A stretch of DNA of 61,569 nucleotides, counting the filler. It is 11 parts of 11 records of this genome, joined end to end, with 100 filler letters (N's around TTAATTAATTAA, not from the genome) between each part and the next. Parts side by side here need not be neighbours in the genome. Positions count along the whole stretch, not along the records: positions 54,012 to 61,569 come from SRR15195285_2076; 10 more parts are not named here. One strand, written 5' to 3'. The notes beneath the pieces were generated by a model, which was given only the letters and a program-made list of their open reading frames with translations, was not told the DNA's origin and searched no databases. This document shows, one piece after another, positions 56,826 to 61,569 of this stretch. The position numbers and the translations under genes are program-made. The number at the start of each line of letters is the position of its first letter. Position 1 is the first letter of the stretch.

Positions 56826-59800
56826 ATGCAGTTCAGCTCCGTGCCCGTCGCGGCCTCACCCCTGGGTACGGCGCACTCAGCCCCAAGGGCCCCCTCTTTC
56901 GCTCTTGCAAGCAGTGGCAGTTGGTCGGTGCTGTCAGTTTTCGGCTCTCTGTGCGGACTGTGGAGTCGAGCCGCGCGCTGCAGTCAATCCAATCCCCCAG
57001 TCACTCCAAGATCACAGCGTATGAGAGAGTATGGGGGGAAAGCTTGCAAGCATGTCATTTGGCGCCATGCGCAATGCGGGATGGCTCAGCGGGTGGGCTA
57101 CCGTGCCCAAGCTGAGTCCTCCCTGTGCGAATGACTGGGAGGGAGGGAGGCAGCCCGTCTTTTGATGGCGCTCAGATTTGTGCTGACTGATGCATTGCAC
57201 TGCGGCGCAGTGGGGGAGGAGGATGTGGACGCTGCATCAAGCGCAGGGGCGAGCTCTCTCGCGGCACAGTCTGAGCGCGTTGCTCGATTGGCTGGCAAGG
57301 ACAGCGGCAGCGGCAGCGATGCCAACTCCACCGCCCCGATGGCGGTGCCGGCCGCAGCAGCTGCTTCCGCGGCCGCCCCAGAGGCCAGCGGCACTCCATC
57401 CAACATTTCCAGCCGGTGGTTTGACGAAAGCCTCAGCTACTGGGACCAGCATGAACTGGCGCCGTCAGAGCGTGGTGAGGCTGCTCCCTTCGCCTCGCCA
57501 AATGCCGCGCGCACCCGTGCGCCTTCTACCTTGGAGGTGGAGGACGGCTCTGCGGCTGAGCCGGCCCCAGAGCCTGAGCAACCGATCGCTGCGTCACAAA
57601 CACAGTCAGTGTCACAGGCCGGCGCTGTGGAAGCCAGACCTTCCATGGCAACAGCGCAACTGGCTGCAGCGGTGGGTACCCCCCGCGCGGCAGCTCCTCC
57701 GCAATCACCCGCCGTCCCCACGCCTGAGAAGACTTCCGCTCCAAAAGCTCGGCGTACCGTCAGTAGCGTGAGCGCAGGCGCGGTGGGAATCGGCCATACA
57801 GCCTCGCAGCGCAGCGGGATGGGCACGCGACGCAAGCGCCAGCTCCACGTTCCAGAGTCACTGCTGCCGCACCTCAATCAGCTGCACAAGATGTTCCCCA
57901 AGGTTTCTGTCACAGTGCGTTCCCTTGCAATCGCTACCCTAGCCAGCGGGAGCGCCTGGCTCTTCTCCGTGAGCACAGCGTGACTCAGAACCGAAGCTAA
58001 CACGAACGGAACCGGTCTGCATGTGGCGTGATTTGAACCCACCGCGTCTGCAGGCCATTGCGGAAGACCTGATGAAGACAAACAACAACATGCAGCGAAC
58101 TATCGAGAACATTCTGAACGGTCTTGAGTCTGAAATCCCAACTGTGGCACGCCGCACGCCCGAGGCGGTTGATGAGAGTGCAACCCAGCGTCGTCAGCTG
58201 CTTGCCGTCCAAAACCGACTGTTGAGCCAGCAAAATTCGTTGCGGGCGGCCGTCGCAACGTCCGAACAGGAAAAGTAAGCTCGTTTTCTGCCCACGCGCA
58301 CAGTTTGATTCTGCGATCGACGGACCCTCTGTGTGCATCATTCTTGATTTTGCACAGCCTGACGAGCAAGATATGTCGTTTGCTGGATCATTTGCAGAGA
58401 AAAGCACCGAGAGGAAGCGCACTCTTACATCCTCCAGTTGCAGTCTTTCGGATGCTTCTCCATAGTGGCACGCTTTCGGATCCGGATGTTGTTCCGGATA
58501 CACCGGTCTGGTGAGCTCCAACCACGAACCTGTTCTTGTGCGATGATTGGCGATACTTGACACCGTTCGCGGTATGTGCTGCTGGCTGCTTGCTTTAATG
58601 GTGCCTTTTGGTTATTCAATCGGTGTAGAGCTCAAGCGGGAGGTGCAAGGGCTGTGCTTGGACCGAATCGCATCGACCCTGGAGAGCATCGAGTCGCGGT
58701 TGAAGCTGCAGGAGGTCGAGTACACAGCAGAAGATGAAGCTTGGATGACGCCCTCGTCAGTGTTTAAGCAGGCGGAAGACATCTCCTCTTTATGGCGCAA
58801 GATCAAACTGCTAGATGCCCACTTTATGAAGTACGATACAGTGTTGCGCCAGCAGGTGTGTTTTGCAGTCATCGGATTCCCCCGCGTACCATTCTATCCA
58901 GCCTGCGTTGGTACCGACCTGACTACTACCAATGCGTCGCTTTTCCTTTCTCGTCGGCAACAATTTCTCACAGATCCGGGAGGAGACTCGACGCCTTGAA
59001 TTTGCGGAACGGAGCAAAACAATTCTTGCAATCATCGGGCAGACAGAGCTGGAGAAAGGGAATGGAAGTGATGCAGAACAGGAGCAGGACGCGGCAGGTG
59101 GCTTGATTCACCACGTGTGGCATGACGAGCGTCAGAGGATCTTCAACGAGCTCATTCTAGACCAACGGACAAAGGAGGGTGATTTCATCCAGAACCTCGC
59201 CTCGCTGGTCAATGGCCAGCAGGTAAGTGCGACAACGTCTAGCGGCGGTGGTAACGGGACTGACCCGGACTCGATCAAAGCCACGATTCAGCATCTAGTT
59301 GAGGTGATGGCGAGGGATCACAACCTGGCTGGCTCGGAGCAGCAGGTGGCAATCCTGCGGCTTTACGTGCATCGGGCAGTGTTTCCGCTGATTGCTGACT
59401 CCTGCTTCTGGTTCGCTTCGGAAGATTCTGATACCGACGAGGAGTACATCCGTTACAAGGACACGGTCTTCCGCAAGCAGCTGCAATTGTTACTACCAAA
59501 ATCTCAGGTTCAAGTTGGGATTGACCCAAAGTTTTGTCGGCCACCGAAGGAGACCGACGCGCTGTTTGAAGACGAGGAGGAGTCACCGTATGCGAACGCG
59601 TACAAAATTCTCAGGCAGCTCAGCTACCTTGTGCGCAAATTTTCTCGCGTCTATCGTCTATTGTACCTTTTTGCGCGTCAGCGAGAACTGCGGGTGCGGC
59701 CGCTCTGACCTGCCGAAAATAAATGCTGGCGACACAGGTGGTGCCGAGTGATATGCTCTACTGTCTGTGGAAAGTGGGGCGCGCAATTTACGAGCTTGCT

Positions 59801-60614
59801 GAGGGTTACGCTGAGGCGAACGAAGAACGGGCGATAGATGAGGCCGAAGCCAGAGGAGAAGACGTTGCGAAGAGGCGGTGCGTTTGCTCGCAAGGAAGAC
59901 AACTTGGGGTCTCATTTGCCATCTGCTTGTCCATTCGTCAGGTTCGTTTGGCCTGTGCGGGCGCGCTTGCCTGTGATGACACAGTGTCGCGTGTGTCGTC
60001 TGCACGTAGCCAAAAAGCGGCGCAAAAGTCGAAGAAAGAAGGCATTGGGGCAGACGATTTTGTACCGATCTTTCTGTTTGTCACCATCCATGCCGAACTC
60101 CCAACCCCTTTTCAAATCTGCACATGTATCAAAAGGTTTGCCTCAGACACGGAGCGCAACTCCGAGGTGTGTACCCTCACAGATGTGCACAGATCGTCAG
60201 CCCTTACACGTGTGCACTGGCGCGGTTGTTCAAACTGACCTCATTGTGTGGAACTGATATCCAGGCCGGCTACTACCTGACTTGTTTTGAGGGTGCCCTG
60301 ATGCACATCACTGATACCGACCACGGGATCTCGGCGGCGCGCGAGGATGCAGCCGAAGCTGCCGGTACTGTCCGCCCCCCCGTTCACAGCACAGCTCTCT
60401 ACACTGCACTGACCGCGATATGCTGTGCTTGTTCGCAGGTGCACAGCACGGCGGCGAGGAAGGAGGCGCGGGAGGTAACGCTGCTGCAGGACTGAGTGCA
60501 CGCATCTCAGAGATCGGTGCGGAGAATAGTCCTACGGACCGTGACTCGACAGGAGGCGATGTTGGGGCTGGCGGCACAGATACAGTTACTGTCAGTGATA
60601 TATGGGATGACTAG
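56826..60614 (+). CDS. VPS9-domain Rab5-family GEF with an upstream CUE domain; multi-exon, start uncertain
   Basis: VPS9 motifs PSDML.CL, GADDFVPIFLFV.I.A, I.RF......SE|AGYYLTCFEGAL..I. The CUE domain QLHKMFPKVSVT|AIAEDLMKTNNNMQRTIENIL.G forms across intron 57915-58053. Stop TAG at 60612-60614. Not all junctions were resolved. Confidence 0.8.
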
Positions 60615-60713
60615 CCTGTAGTTGTTTGCCAGGACACAGAGCCTTTGTGCGGTGATACGAATGAACTTCGGACTGGAAAGGAAACTGTGTCCATTGCTCC
60701 AGACCAACAGGAG

Positions 60714-61513
60714 CTACACGTCACCCTGCAATGCATCTCTCTGCCAACCAGCACTACCGGCACCCGTAGCAGTAGTGACCTGGATCCCGGAGCAGGCTGC
60801 GGGTACGGCAAAGCTCGACGGCGGGGCAGGGGTCACCCATTTGAGACCAAAATCACGCGCGCCGACGCCCGCTGGCTGCCCAGGGATGCTATGGTAGTGC
60901 AAGGGCAAGTGCAGGGGTCAGCTTAAACTTCTGCAGGCTTGCGCTGGCGCGAACTCAGATGCTGTACACCTTCGTACCTGTGGTTGAACGCGTTGCGGAC
61001 GAGCTGCTTCGGTTGGTCGGCGGCCGTGCTCACGTTTCGTGTATACCAGTTCATAACCATGCCAGGCCCTCGAACGTGCACGAAATGATCCACCTCCACG
61101 CCATCCAGCATGGTGCTCCCCACCCGCTTCGCCACGCCGCGTTGGTCGTCGTCCAGCAGAATGAAAGAGAAAGGCATTCCGTCTGGTGGGTCACATTGCC
61201 CGGGCGGGCACGGCTTCTTCGTGCAATTCCCGACCCAGTCAACGTCGTACGTGATTCCAGTGCCCGTGTAGATGGACTGGGCGACATTGGGGCCGGAAGG
61301 GCAAGGCACGCCCTTTGCACAGGTGATCGCGTAGCTCTTCGATTTCACATCCATGCAGAGCGTGTAATTGAACTCTTGCACCATGGTGCCACTCGCGTCG
61401 AGCTGGAAGTCGCGGTTGGAGTCGCAGAATGAGTTGATCATCTTCGGCACGACGTCTGGTTGGACCTGCGTGGCGGCCCCAGCCATCAGCACTGGGATTA
61501 GCAGCACCGCCAT
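60714..61513 (-). CDS. Small secreted protein, ependymin-related/LolA-fold-like; exons 61513-60978, 60888-60714
   Basis: Signal peptide; beta-rich body with Y.V...GNC, G...LDGVEVDHF, NWY and a C-terminal F.VP..C motif; intron 60889-60977 restores the frame. The family call is tentative. Confidence 0.65.
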
Positions 61514-61569
61514 CCTGGCGCGCTCGCTGCGTGCCCAGCAATTACAGAGTCGTAAATTCAGCCTATGAA

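Noticed and set aside
16002-60977. Apparent frameshifts or in-frame stops suggesting pseudogenes, recoding or a non-standard genetic code
   Set aside because: Each break I examined is explained by a frame-restoring GT-AG intron; TAA, TAG and TGA all serve as terminal stops.
139-61568. Hundreds of short overlapping or antisense ORFs in the track (for example 9076-9978, 1274-2101, 50238-51179, 46802-47479)
   Set aside because: Shadow frames of real genes in GC-rich DNA; they have no motifs and many start at non-ATG codons.
1-61569. Prokaryotic defence system, operon, prophage, rRNA or tRNA
   Set aside because: The window is eukaryotic with spliceosomal introns, and no such signatures were seen.

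Overview
The window is a concatenation of 11 separate contigs joined by ten artificial 100-nt linkers (44 N + TTAATTAATTAA + 44 N), so adjacency across a linker carries no biological meaning. The DNA comes from a compact, fairly GC-rich eukaryotic (protist-like) genome. It uses the standard genetic code and has short GT-AG spliceosomal introns (about 60-150 nt), which split many of the supplied ORFs; I re-joined these by hand. About 21 genes or gene fragments are supported. Signalling and multidomain genes: a WWE-like/alpha-kinase, an IQ-BTB-BACK-DUSP-pseudo-PP2C giant, a signal peptide/TM/WW/C2H2 zinc-finger protein, a ShK/LNR-like/NIDO surface protein, a NEK-RCC1 kinase, a myristoylated LRR protein, a copine-like C2 protein, a PDZ-CH protein and a CUE-VPS9 protein. 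Enzymes: an amidohydrolase, a 9-exon Kbl/BioF-family enzyme, a PhyH-like fragment, GH27 and GH43-like glycosidases and an ARSK-like sulfatase. Others: a double beta-propeller surface protein, three multi-pass membrane proteins, an ependymin-like secreted protein and two proteins of unknown function (one DUF4397-like). The two most striking candidates are (i) a single-pass receptor-like protein whose cytoplasmic tail carries a WW domain and four C2H2 fingers (putative membrane-tethered transcription factor, 9160-12515), and (ii) a gustatory-receptor-like (7TMIC-type) channel with two RRM-like domains in an intracellular loop (46747-49010). No rRNA, tRNA or CRISPR array was recognised. All domain calls come from motif recognition by eye, not database searches.
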